From the NCBI GenBank assembly GCA_965117055.1, contig OZ220750.1, positions 4,358,011 to 4,422,010 of the forward strand: a stretch of 64,000 nucleotides of DNA, written 5' to 3'. This document shows positions 51,535 through 60,187 of this stretch, one piece after another. Position numbers and translations under genes: made by a program. Source of the DNA: Alphaproteobacteria bacterium (GTDB lineage Bacteria; Pseudomonadota; Alphaproteobacteria; MPNO01). How positions within the stretch are numbered: position 1 is the first letter of the stretch; each line of letters opens with the position of its first letter. A model generated the notes under the pieces. That model searched no databases and was not told where the DNA came from. It saw only the letters and a program-made list of their open reading frames with translations.

Positions 51535-52524
51535 ATGACGGACGACACCAACGGGGCGGCTTCGGCCGCCGCGCGGAACAGCCTGCGCGAAGACCTGGAA
51601 GAGGCGTGGGACCGGCTTTCCTCGGAAGCCGGAGAACCGGAACCGGAGGCGAAGGCCGCTTCCGTCGAGGACGAGGACGAAACGGCCGTCCCGGAGGACG
51701 ACGCCGCGCCGGAGGACGAGCCCGAAACCGCCGTCGTCCCCCTCGCCCACTGGCCGGCGGAGTGGCGCGAGCGGTTCCAGGCGCTGCCGGAAGACGCCAA
51801 GCCCTACGCGCTCGACCTCCACCGGCAATTCGAGAAGGCGCATTCCGACCGCAGCCAGGCGCTCGCCGAGCGCGAGAAGGAGCTCGACGGGCTCCGGGCG
51901 GTCGACGCGGCGCTCGCCCCGTGGCGCGAGACCATGCGGGCCGAGGGGCTGACCGACGGCGAGGCGGTGAAGCGGCTGATGGACGCGCGGGCGGCGCTCG
52001 AACGCGACCCCGGGGCCGCGCTGTCGGCGATCGCCGAGTCCTACGGCATCGCGCCGCCGGCCGGCGCCGCCGCCGCCCCGCCCGAGCGGCGGGACGCGCT
52101 GACGGAGACGCTCGAGCGCTACGCCGCCGAGCAGCACGAGCTCCGCCTGATCGCCGCGATGGAGGCCGAGCTCGATTCCCGCGCCCGCGCGGTCGACGCG
52201 GCGGGCGAGAAGCGATTTCCCCATTTCGAGGCGGTCCGGCCGAAGCTCGCCGCGCTGATGCGCGCCGGCGCGGCGGACGGCTTCGAAGACGCCTACGAAC
52301 AGGCCGTCTGGGCCGATCCCGCTCTCCGGCAGAAGGCGCTGGAAGCGCGCGATGCCGAGCTGGCGGCACGGCGCGAAAGCGCCCGCAAGGCCGAGGTGGA
52401 GAAGGCGAGGAACGCCGGACGGGCCGCGCTCAGCGGCTCCGAACCGGCGAAATCCGCGCTGCCGCCCGCCCGGTCGCATCGCGAGGAGCTTGAGCGCGTG
52501 TGGGACCGGATGGTCGGCGCGTAA
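51535..52524 (+). CDS. Scaffolding protein (by position and composition)
   Basis: 329 aa, acidic, Ala/Glu-rich, helical; immediately upstream of the capsid gene. Confidence 0.55.
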   Translation: MTDDTNGAASAAARNSLREDLEEAWDRLSSEAGEPEPEAKAASVEDEDETAVPEDDAAPEDEPETAVVPLAHWPAEWRERFQALPEDAKPYALDLHRQFEKAHSDRSQALAEREKELDGLRAVDAALAPWRETMRAEGLTDGEAVKRLMDARAALERDPGAALSAIAESYGIAPPAGAAAAPPERRDALTETLERYAAEQHELRLIAAMEAELDSRARAVDAAGEKRFPHFEAVRPKLAALMRAGAADGFEDAYEQAVWADPALRQKALEARDAELAARRESARKAEVEKARNAGRAALSGSEPAKSALPPARSHREELERVWDRMVGA

Positions 52525-52549
52525 CAACCCCAACGAAAGGAAACGACAC

Positions 52550-53515
52550 ATGGCGAACGCCAATCTGGGCGATCTGGTCACGACCACGCTGCGCAACCGG
52601 CGCGGCCAGCTCGCCGACAACATCCTCAACCACAACGCGGTGCTCCGCTTCCTCAACCGGACGGGCAACGTGGACCCGGCGGACGGCGGGCGGACCCTGG
52701 TGGAAGAGCTCGAATACGCCGAGAACCAGACCTTCAAGTACTATTCCGGCTACGAGGCGCTCGACGTCTCGCCGTCCGACGTCTTCGACTCCGCCGAGTT
52801 CGAGTGGAAGCAGGCCGCCGTGGTGGTCTCGGTCTCGGGCGCCGAGGAGCGCAAGAACGCCGGCAAGGAGCAGTCGCTCCGCCTCGTCGACCGGCGCATC
52901 AAGAACGCCGAGAAGACGATGATGAACAACCTGTCGGAGGGCGTCTATTCCGACGGCACCGGCTCGTCGGGCAAGCAGATCGGCGGGCTCAAGGCGCTGG
53001 TCGCGGACGACCCCACGACCGGAACCGTCGGCGGCATCGACCGCGCCTCGTTCGAGTTCTGGCGCAACCAGGTCTACGACTTCTCGGAAGCCTCCGTCGA
53101 GGCGGGTTCGGAGACGATCCAGAAGGCGATGAACGCGCTCTGGCTCAAATGCCTCAGGGGCGCCGACGCGCCGACCCTGATCGTCGCCGACACCGCGTAT
53201 TTCAACCACTACTGGCAGTCGCTGCAGGCGATCCAGCGGATCTCGTCGGAGGAGGACGCGGGCGCCGGCTTCCGCTCGATCCGGTTCTACGGGCCGGGCG
53301 GCTCGGCCCCGGTGATGTACGACGACAAGTGCCCGGAAGAGCACATGTACATGCTGAACACCGACTACCTGTTCTGGCGCCCGCACAAGGACGCCAACAT
53401 GGAGCCGCTGGAGAAGCGGCAATCGGTCAACCAGGACGCGACCGTGATCCCGGTCGTCTTCATGGGCAACCTCACCATGTCCAACGCCGCCCGCCAGGGC
53501 GTGATGCACGCGTAG
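52550..53515 (+). CDS. Major capsid protein
   Basis: 321 aa from MANANLGDLVTTTLRNRRGQLADNI; AAGGAAA SD; position after scaffold; podovirus coat-like blocks. Confidence 0.8.
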   Translation: MANANLGDLVTTTLRNRRGQLADNILNHNAVLRFLNRTGNVDPADGGRTLVEELEYAENQTFKYYSGYEALDVSPSDVFDSAEFEWKQAAVVVSVSGAEERKNAGKEQSLRLVDRRIKNAEKTMMNNLSEGVYSDGTGSSGKQIGGLKALVADDPTTGTVGGIDRASFEFWRNQVYDFSEASVEAGSETIQKAMNALWLKCLRGADAPTLIVADTAYFNHYWQSLQAIQRISSEEDAGAGFRSIRFYGPGGSAPVMYDDKCPEEHMYMLNTDYLFWRPHKDANMEPLEKRQSVNQDATVIPVVFMGNLTMSNAARQGVMHA

Positions 53516-53519
53516 CGGC

Positions 53520-54100
53520 ACGGGGCGGCGGTCCTCCGACCGCCGCCCGCCTCCCCCCGTCATGCTCGGCGAAGGCCGAGCATCCACGAGTTTTTTCCTT
53601 GGCGGAGGGAGAACAAAAAAACAAATCGTGGATGCTCGGCCTTCGCCGAGCATGACGGGGGGGGGGAGAGGGAGACCCACCTTTCCCCCCCCCCCTCCCG
53701 CTTGCGGGAGGGACCGGGGGAGGGCGGCGATCGTGTCGACAGGGCGGCGGTCGGAGAACCACCGCCCGCCCTCTCCTCCGTCATGCTCGGCGGAGGCCGA
53801 CCATCCACGAGTTTTTTCTTCGGCGGAGGGAGAACAAAAAAACAAATCGTGGATGCTCGGCCTTCGCCGAGCATGACGATAGGGGGGAGAGGGAGACCCA
53901 CCTTCCCCCCTCCCGCTTGCGGGAGGGGCCGGGGGAGGGCGGCGATCCTGTCGACAGGGCGGCGGTCGGAGAACCACCGCCCGCCCTCTCCTCCGTCATG
54001 CTCGGCGGAGGCCGACCATCCACGAGTTTTTTCTTCGGCTGCGGAACAACAAAAAAGCAAATCGTGGATGCTCGGCCTTCGCCGAGCATGACGATGGGGG
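53520..54100. repeat. Tandem array (about 2.5 units of 215-220 bp) of composite REPs (family 2 variant REPIN plus family 5 plus GC hairpin)
   Basis: Unit starts CCGTCATGCTCGG at 53558, 53778 and 53993; arms GTCATGCTCGGCGAAGGCCGAGCATCCACGAG / reverse complement. Confidence 0.9.
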
Positions 54101-54103
54101 TGA

Positions 54104-54394
54104 TCAGGGCAGGAAGGTCTCGACAAGGTCGTTCCAGTCCGGGTTGGACTCGTGGATCAACCGGACCTTCCAGGCCCGCCGCCACCGCTTGATCGCCTTC
54201 TCCCGCCGGATCGCTTCGCGGATGTCGTCGTGAGGTTCGGCGTAAACGAGGCGTGTCAGCCCGTAACGCTTGGTGAAGCCGTCGATCAGGCCTTCGCGGT
54301 GCTCGTGAACGCGGCGCGCGAGGTCGGCGGTCACGCCGACATAGAGGGTGCCGTCGGGCCGGTTCGTCACGATGTAGACCCAGCCGCCCGCCAT
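54104..54394 (-). CDS. Small GIY-YIG nuclease-family protein (copy 2)
   Basis: GGWVYIVTNRPDGTLYVGVTADLARRVHEHR ... EKAIKRWRRAWK; the ORF can extend to an ATG inside the upstream REP arm. Confidence 0.8.
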   Translation of the reverse strand: MAGGWVYIVTNRPDGTLYVGVTADLARRVHEHREGLIDGFTKRYGLTRLVYAEPHDDIREAIRREKAIKRWRRAWKVRLIHESNPDWNDLVETFLP

Positions 54395-54440
54395 CCGTCG
54401 ATGCTGGCGGCGAGAGCGACAGGACGCAACCTCCTCCCCC

Positions 54441-54478
54441 GTCATGCTCGGCGAAGGCCGAGCATCCACGAGTTTTTT
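54441..54478. repeat. REP half-unit, family 2 variant
   Basis: CGTCATGCTCGGCGAAGGCCGAGCATCCACGAG, 46 nt upstream of GIY-YIG copy 2. Confidence 0.85.
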
Positions 54479-54540
54479 TCTTTGGCGGGGGGCCGGATTG
54501 TCGGCCCCTCTTTCCACAACACCAACCGAAAGGACGATCC

Positions 54541-55104
54541 ATGGAACCGGTTCCGGACGATGTCGGCTACTGGGAGAATTTCGCGGCCGGGCAGCAGGGC
54601 GGCGGGCGGGACGACTGCATCCCGCATTTCTACATGCGCGCGGTGCGCAACGCGGCGCGGAGCGAGGCGGAAGGGCGGCCGGTGTTCGACGAGGCCCCCT
54701 ACGTCAAGGTGCTGGTGCCGGGCGACCGCAACAGCATCGTCGACCGCAGGGTGGGCGATTCCGACCGCGAGCGCTGGCCCGGGCAATGGGCCGCCTTCCT
54801 CGCCAGGCGCGAGCGCCCGGCCGGCACGCCGATCGGGCACTGGCCCTATCTCACCGTCGCCCGCGCCGCCGAGCTCAAGGCGCTGGAGCTGCTGACCGTC
54901 GAGCAGGTGGCCGGGGCCGACGACGCGCTGGTCGAACGCATCGGCGGGGACGCCGCCGCGCTGGTCGAGCGCGCCCGGCAGTTCCTCCAGCCGCAATCCG
55001 AGACCGAGACCGAGCTCAGGGAGCAGATCGCCGCGCTCAAGCGCGACGTCGACGTGTGGAGGGGGCTCGCCGAGTCGAACAACCCGCCGGAGGACGCGGA
55101 ATGA
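54541..55104 (+). CDS. Hypothetical phage structural-module protein
   Basis: 187-aa ORF; codon usage like neighbours; ATGA coupling to next gene. Confidence 0.5.
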   Translation: MEPVPDDVGYWENFAAGQQGGGRDDCIPHFYMRAVRNAARSEAEGRPVFDEAPYVKVLVPGDRNSIVDRRVGDSDRERWPGQWAAFLARRERPAGTPIGHWPYLTVARAAELKALELLTVEQVAGADDALVERIGGDAAALVERARQFLQPQSETETELREQIAALKRDVDVWRGLAESNNPPEDAE

Positions 55105-55805
55105 GCCTGCTCGACATCTGCCGCGAGGCCGCCGCCGAGGCCGGGGTGGCGCCGCCCGGCGCGGTGATCGGCAGCGCCGAGACCACCGCGATCCGCCTGC
55201 TCGCCGCCGCGCGCCAGGAGATCTTCTCGATGGCGGAGAGCGCGGACTGGAGCGCGCTGGTCGCGGAGCACCGCTTCGCCGCCGCCGCCGGGACCGCGCA
55301 GCCGGACGGGCTGCCGGCGGATTTCGCCCGGATCGTCGACGGCACCGCGTGGGACCGCGCGCGCGCCCGTCCGCTCGACGGGCCGCTCTCCGCCCAGCGC
55401 TGGCAGGCGCTCCGCGCCTCGGGCGGCGGCGCGGCGGCGCGGCCGGCCTTCCGGATCTTCGGCGGCGCGTTCCACCTCCACCCCGCCCCGACGCAAGCCG
55501 GCGGCGAGATCGCCTTCGAATACGTCACCCGCGACCTCGTCGCCGCGCCCTCGGGCGCCAGGCGGCGGAGCTGGGAGGCCGACGACGACCGCTTCGTGCT
55601 GTCGGAAGAGATCGCGGCGATGGGCGTCAAGTGGCGCTTCAAGAAGGCGGTCGGCCTCGCCTATGACGACGACCTCGACGAGTACCTCGGGGTGCTCGGC
55701 CGCGCCATCGCGCGGGACGGCGGCAGGCCGGTGTTGCGGGCGGGCGGCGCGGCGCCCCCCTTCCCCGCCGCCGCCACCCCGGCGGGCGATTTTCCGGAGG
55801 CCTGA
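55101..55805 (+). CDS. Hypothetical phage tail/adaptor protein (by position)
   Basis: 234-aa ORF in the capsid-to-tail interval. Confidence 0.5.
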   Translation: MSLLDICREAAAEAGVAPPGAVIGSAETTAIRLLAAARQEIFSMAESADWSALVAEHRFAAAAGTAQPDGLPADFARIVDGTAWDRARARPLDGPLSAQRWQALRASGGGAAARPAFRIFGGAFHLHPAPTQAGGEIAFEYVTRDLVAAPSGARRRSWEADDDRFVLSEEIAAMGVKWRFKKAVGLAYDDDLDEYLGVLGRAIARDGGRPVLRAGGAAPPFPAAATPAGDFPEA

Positions 55806-55807
55806 CG

Positions 55808-57361
55808 ATGCTCAAGCGACGACGCGCGAGACGGCGCGGCGGCTCCGCGATCACGGTGACCGTGCCGGCGCCGGTGGGCGGGCTGAACACGCGGGACTCG
55901 CTCAACCTGATGCCGCCGACCGACGCGGTCCGGCTCGACAACTGGAACCCGGGGATCAGCGCGCTCTCGGTGCGCGAGGGCTACCGGCCGCTCGCGGCGG
56001 GGATCGCGGCGGGTCCGGTCGAGACGCTGGCCGCCTTCCACGCCGGCACGGTGAGCAAGTCGATCGCCGCGGTCTCCGGCGGGCTCTACGAGATTTCCGG
56101 CGCGCCGCATCTGCTCGCCGGGGGCTTCGACTCGGACCGCTGGCAGACCGCCGCTTTCAACGGCCGGCTCGGGCTGGTCAACGGCATCGACCCGCCGCAG
56201 GTCTTCGACGGCAGCGGCATCGGCGCCATGCCGGTATCGGGTCCGGAGCTCGCGCCGGAACGGCTGCTCGGCATCATGACGCACCGCTCTCGCACCTACT
56301 TTCTGGAGCGCGACAGCCAGGATTTCTGGTACTCCGACGTGAACGCGCTGGGCGGCCGGCTCGCCCGGTTCCCGCTTTCGCGGGTCGGGCAGTTCGGCGG
56401 CAACCTGGTCTGCATGGGCTCGTGGAACGTCGAGGGCGGCTCCGACGTCTGGGGCGGCGGCGGGATCGGCGAGGACCTCGCGGTGTTCTGCATGTCGTCC
56501 GGCGACATCGTGGTCTATCGCGGCGACGATCCCGGCTCCGACTGGTCCCTGGTCGGCGTGTTCCGCGCCGGCGCGCCGGTCGACGTGCGCGGCGTCGCGC
56601 GGCGCGGCTCCGACCTGCTCGCGCTGACCTCCGAGGGGCTGATCTCGATCTCGCGGCTGGTGAGCGAGGGCTCGCTCACCCCGAACGGCGTGGTCTCGGA
56701 CAAGATCCGCCCGACCCTGGTCGACGCGGTGCGGCGCCACGGCGCCAATACCGGCTGGCAGGTGCTGGTCCATTCCCGCGCCGGGCGGACGATCGTCAAC
56801 GTGCCGCTCGGCGGCGGGCGGTTCGAGCAATACGCGATGGACACCCAAACCGGCGCCTGGGCGCGCTGGACCGGGATCGACGGGCATTGCTGGGGCGTGT
56901 TCGACGAGAACGCCCATTTCGGCGCGGCCGCCGGGACGGTCAACCGGATCGCCGGGAACAGCGACGCGGGCGCGCCGATTACGGGCGACGTGCAGACCGC
57001 CTTCAACGCGTTCGGACGGCGCGGCGTCGTGAAGCGCTGCATCGGGCTCCGCCCGGTGCTGCGCGGCCGGTCGGAGGCGCGGATCGGGCTCGGCGCGCTG
57101 GCCGATTTCCGGGACGGCGAGCCGCCGGCGGCCGCCGCCGGATTCGGCCCGACGGCGCCCGGCTGGGACGAGGCGGGCACCTCCTGGGAAGACTGGGACG
57201 ATCTCGTCTGGGAAGGCGGCGGCGAGGCCGCGATCGCCGAATGGCGCGCCGCCGACGGGCTCGGCTACGCGCTGGCCGCCCGCCTCACCTCGTCGAGCAC
57301 CGACGAACTCGAATGGGAAACGCTGAGCTGGCAGCTCGAAACGGGACGGGGACTGATCTGA
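55808..57361 (+). CDS. Phage tail protein (tubular-protein-like by position)
   Basis: 517 aa; N-terminus VPAPVGGLNTRDSLNLMPPTDAVRLDNWNP typical of podoviral tail proteins; 1-nt overlap with the fibre gene. Confidence 0.55.
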   Translation: MLKRRRARRRGGSAITVTVPAPVGGLNTRDSLNLMPPTDAVRLDNWNPGISALSVREGYRPLAAGIAAGPVETLAAFHAGTVSKSIAAVSGGLYEISGAPHLLAGGFDSDRWQTAAFNGRLGLVNGIDPPQVFDGSGIGAMPVSGPELAPERLLGIMTHRSRTYFLERDSQDFWYSDVNALGGRLARFPLSRVGQFGGNLVCMGSWNVEGGSDVWGGGGIGEDLAVFCMSSGDIVVYRGDDPGSDWSLVGVFRAGAPVDVRGVARRGSDLLALTSEGLISISRLVSEGSLTPNGVVSDKIRPTLVDAVRRHGANTGWQVLVHSRAGRTIVNVPLGGGRFEQYAMDTQTGAWARWTGIDGHCWGVFDENAHFGAAAGTVNRIAGNSDAGAPITGDVQTAFNAFGRRGVVKRCIGLRPVLRGRSEARIGLGALADFRDGEPPAAAAGFGPTAPGWDEAGTSWEDWDDLVWEGGGEAAIAEWRAADGLGYALAARLTSSSTDELEWETLSWQLETGRGLI

Positions 57362-58389
57362 TGACCGCTCTGACAGGCAAGAAACCGAAGGACACCTACC
57401 GGGACCTGCTGCAGGTCTCCAACGCCAACCGGGGGATCGACGACTCGCTCCGCCCGGTCGAGGACGGCGAGGGCACGCCGAGCGCGCTCGAGCTTTCCGC
57501 CGCGCGGGTCTCGGTCGGCGGCAACGAGCTGGTGCTCGACCGCGACGGCGACACCTCGATCGCGGCCGCCACCGACGACCGGATCGATGTGCGCGTCGGC
57601 GGCGCGGATCGCCTCTCGCTCGGCGCCGATTCGCTCGACATCAAGCTCGCGGGCGCCGAGGATTTCCGCTTCCGCGAGGATGCCCTGGACGTGCTCGCGG
57701 GCTCGACGCTCACGGTGAAGAGCGGCGCGACGCTGGCGATGGAGACCGGCGCGGCGCTGACCGGCGTGCCGGTGGTCCCGACCGGCATGGTCGCGCCCTT
57801 CGCCGGGCCGGCCGCGCCGGAAGGCTGGCTCCCCTGCGACGGGCGCGAGGTCTCGCGGACCGGTTACGCCGCGCTCTTCGCCGCCATCGGAACCGCCTAC
57901 GGGGCCGGCGACGGGGTGGATACGTTCGCGCTGCCCGATCTCCGCGGCCGGACGGTCGCGGGGCTGGACGACATGGGCGGCACCGCCGCCGGCCGCCTGA
58001 CCGGGCGTTCCGGCGGCGTCGACGGGGCCGCGCTCGGCGCATCCGGCGGCGCCGAGACCCACACCCTCGCCGAAGCCGAAATCGCCGAGCACGACCACGG
58101 CCCCGGTTCCTTCGAGGGAGAGGCGAGCGGAACCACGGACAGCGGCGGCGCCCACACCCACAACCTCTCGAGGCGCGCGGGTTCGGGAACCGGCAACGCC
58201 AGCAGCTACCGGCTCACCGGCAGCGGCAGCGGCGGAAGCGCCAGGGACGCAACCCTGAGCGCGGGCGCCCACACGCACGACTTCTCGGCGGACGTGACGC
58301 TGACCGGCCGCTCCGGGACGGCGGGCGGCGGAGAACCGCACAACAACGTCCAGCCGACGATCGTCCTCAACTACATCGTCAAGACCTGA
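57361..58389 (+). CDS. Tail fibre with phage tail-collar domain
   Basis: GMVAPFAGPAAPEGWLPCDGREVSRTGYAALFAAIGTAYGAGDGVDTFALPDLRGR...HNNVQPTIVLNYIVK collar signature. Confidence 0.8.
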   Translation: MTALTGKKPKDTYRDLLQVSNANRGIDDSLRPVEDGEGTPSALELSAARVSVGGNELVLDRDGDTSIAAATDDRIDVRVGGADRLSLGADSLDIKLAGAEDFRFREDALDVLAGSTLTVKSGATLAMETGAALTGVPVVPTGMVAPFAGPAAPEGWLPCDGREVSRTGYAALFAAIGTAYGAGDGVDTFALPDLRGRTVAGLDDMGGTAAGRLTGRSGGVDGAALGASGGAETHTLAEAEIAEHDHGPGSFEGEASGTTDSGGAHTHNLSRRAGSGTGNASSYRLTGSGSGGSARDATLSAGAHTHDFSADVTLTGRSGTAGGGEPHNNVQPTIVLNYIVKT

Positions 58390-58395
58390 CGCGGT

Positions 58396-58504
58396 CCCCC
58401 CTCACCCCGGCCCTCTCCCCGCTGGGGAGAGGGAGAGTCGCGGCGGCGCCGACCCCTCCTAATCTTCTCCCCTCCCGCTTGCGGGAGGGGCCGGGGGAGG
58501 GTGG
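58396..58504. repeat. Composite REP, families 4 and 5
   Basis: CCCCCTCACCCCGGCCCTCTCCCCGCTGGGGAGAGGGAGAG ... CTTCTCCCCTCCCGCTTGCGGGAGGGGCCGGGGGAGGGTG. Confidence 0.85.
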
Positions 58505-58541
58505 ACCCCCAGAACCACCGACCCAACCCCAGGAGAACGCC

Positions 58542-58838
58542 ATGGCCATCGCGCAATACAAGATCCTCGACGTGACCGATGACGGTTTCGTCACCGTCAA
58601 ATGGGCGAGCGACGACGGGCCCGCCGTCACCTATCCGGTGCCGTTCGACGACGACGGGACCCCGCTCGCCGGGGCGGCGCTCGAGGACTGGCTCGCCGGG
58701 CTGTGGGACGACGACATCGAGCAGCGCATCGACCGGAGCAAGTCGTTCGAGGCGGTCCGCGCCGCCAAGCGCGCGACCTTCAAAAACATCCAGGACAAGG
58801 TAAACGCCCGGCGCCGCCCGCCGGCGGAAACCCCCTGA
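58542..58838 (+). CDS. Small hypothetical phage protein
   Basis: 98 aa from MAIAQYKILDV; AGGAGAA SD. Confidence 0.4.
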   Translation: MAIAQYKILDVTDDGFVTVKWASDDGPAVTYPVPFDDDGTPLAGAALEDWLAGLWDDDIEQRIDRSKSFEAVRAAKRATFKNIQDKVNARRRPPAETP

Positions 58839-58882
58839 CCCGCTCGCCCTCCCCCACACCCAACCAACACAAGGAGACCACA

Positions 58883-59434
58883 TTGCTGACGCTCGCCTTC
58901 GGCCGCGACGCGGAGATCGCCCGCTGGGTCGGCGACCGGCTCGGGATCGACGATTTCGGCGCTTGCGCCGCGATCGGCGTCGTCGAGGACGGTCGGCCGA
59001 TCGCCGGGATCGTCTATTCGGGCTGGCGCGACCCGCCGGGCGCGCTGGAGATGACGGTCGCCTCGACCTCGCCGCGCTGGTGCCGGCGCTGGGTGCTCGA
59101 CGCGCTGTTCCGCTACCCGTTCGAACAGCTCGGCGCGCGCCGCGTGCAGGCCACGATCCGGCGCGGCAACCGGACCGCCAGGCGGTTCGTCGAACGGCTC
59201 GGCTTCCGCTACGAGGGCATGGCGCGGGAAGCCTGGCCGACCGGAGAAGACGCCGCCCTCTATTCGATGCTGCGGCGCGAATGCCGCTGGACAGGAGACA
59301 GAGATGGGAAAGAAAGCCCCCAAGCCGCCCCCCGTACCGGACCCCGCCGCGCTGGTCGCGGCCCAGGCCCGGGCCAACCGGATCAGCCGGTTCACCCCGC
59401 AGGGCGACCTGCTCTACGGCACGGTGAGCGATGA
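58883..59434 (+). CDS. GNAT-like acetyltransferase in the virion module (3' end overlaps next gene)
   Basis: TTG start 6 nt after AAGGAG; ...RRVQATIRRGNRTARRFVERLGFRYEGMAREA GNAT motif A/B region; no stop until 59434. Confidence 0.5.
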   Translation: MLTLAFGRDAEIARWVGDRLGIDDFGACAAIGVVEDGRPIAGIVYSGWRDPPGALEMTVASTSPRWCRRWVLDALFRYPFEQLGARRVQATIRRGNRTARRFVERLGFRYEGMAREAWPTGEDAALYSMLRRECRWTGDRDGKESPQAAPRTGPRRAGRGPGPGQPDQPVHPAGRPALRHGER

Positions 59435-60155
59435 CGGGAATTTCGCCTTCGACCCCGGGGCGTCGACCCACGCGACGATGGTGACCGAGACCCCGTATCA
59501 GCGGGAGTTCCGCGCCCTCCAGGAGGCGATCGGCCGGGTGCTGGCCGACCGGGCGCTGGACCGGGCGCGCGGGCTGGATTCGGGCCGGCTCGACACCGAG
59601 GGCCTGCCGCCGGAATTCGACGGGGAAGACCTCGCGAGCTTGCGCGGCCGCGCCGAACGGGCGGCGTACCGGCGCGCGCTCGACCTGCTCGAACCCGAGA
59701 TCGAGCGCGGCGAGAACCGCCTCCGCCAGAGCCTCGCCAACCGGGGCCTCCCGATCGCGCCCGGCAGCGCGGGCGGCGACGAGTACGGCCGGTTCCTCGA
59801 CGCCGGCAACCGCGCGCGGCAGGACGCGGCCCATGCGGCGGTGGCGCAGGGCGGGGCGGAGGCCGACCGCGAATTCGGCCGCGCCGCCGCCGCGCGCGAC
59901 CGCGCCTTCGCCGAACGCGCGGCGCTGCGCCGCCAGCAGTTCAACGAGCTCGCGGCGCTGCTCGGCGGGCAGCAGATCGCGCCGGTCGGCCTGCCCTCCT
60001 TCGCGCCCGCCGCTCCGGTCGACGTGCTGGGCGCCAACGCGCTCGCCCAGCGCGCCGGGCGCGACCGCTACAACGCCGAGTTGCAGCAGTGGAACCGGTT
60101 GGGCCGCGGGCTCGGCGGCGCGCTGGACCGGGCGGCGCTGCTGTTCCGGCAATGA
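59304..60155 (+). CDS. Hypothetical phage protein (internal-virion-protein-like by position)
   Basis: 283 aa, Ala/Arg-rich, helical; GGAGACAGAG SD. Confidence 0.5.
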   Translation: MGKKAPKPPPVPDPAALVAAQARANRISRFTPQGDLLYGTVSDDGNFAFDPGASTHATMVTETPYQREFRALQEAIGRVLADRALDRARGLDSGRLDTEGLPPEFDGEDLASLRGRAERAAYRRALDLLEPEIERGENRLRQSLANRGLPIAPGSAGGDEYGRFLDAGNRARQDAAHAAVAQGGAEADREFGRAAAARDRAFAERAALRRQQFNELAALLGGQQIAPVGLPSFAPAAPVDVLGANALAQRAGRDRYNAELQQWNRLGRGLGGALDRAALLFRQ

Positions 60156-60187
60156 CGCCGACCCACCCGACCGCCACAGGAGGAACC

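Noticed and set aside
53520-54100. Possible CRISPR array, because of regularly spaced repeats
   Set aside because: The period is about 215-220 bp and the whole unit repeats, including the would-be spacers. The repeats are long palindromic REP doublets also found dispersed elsewhere. No cas genes are present.
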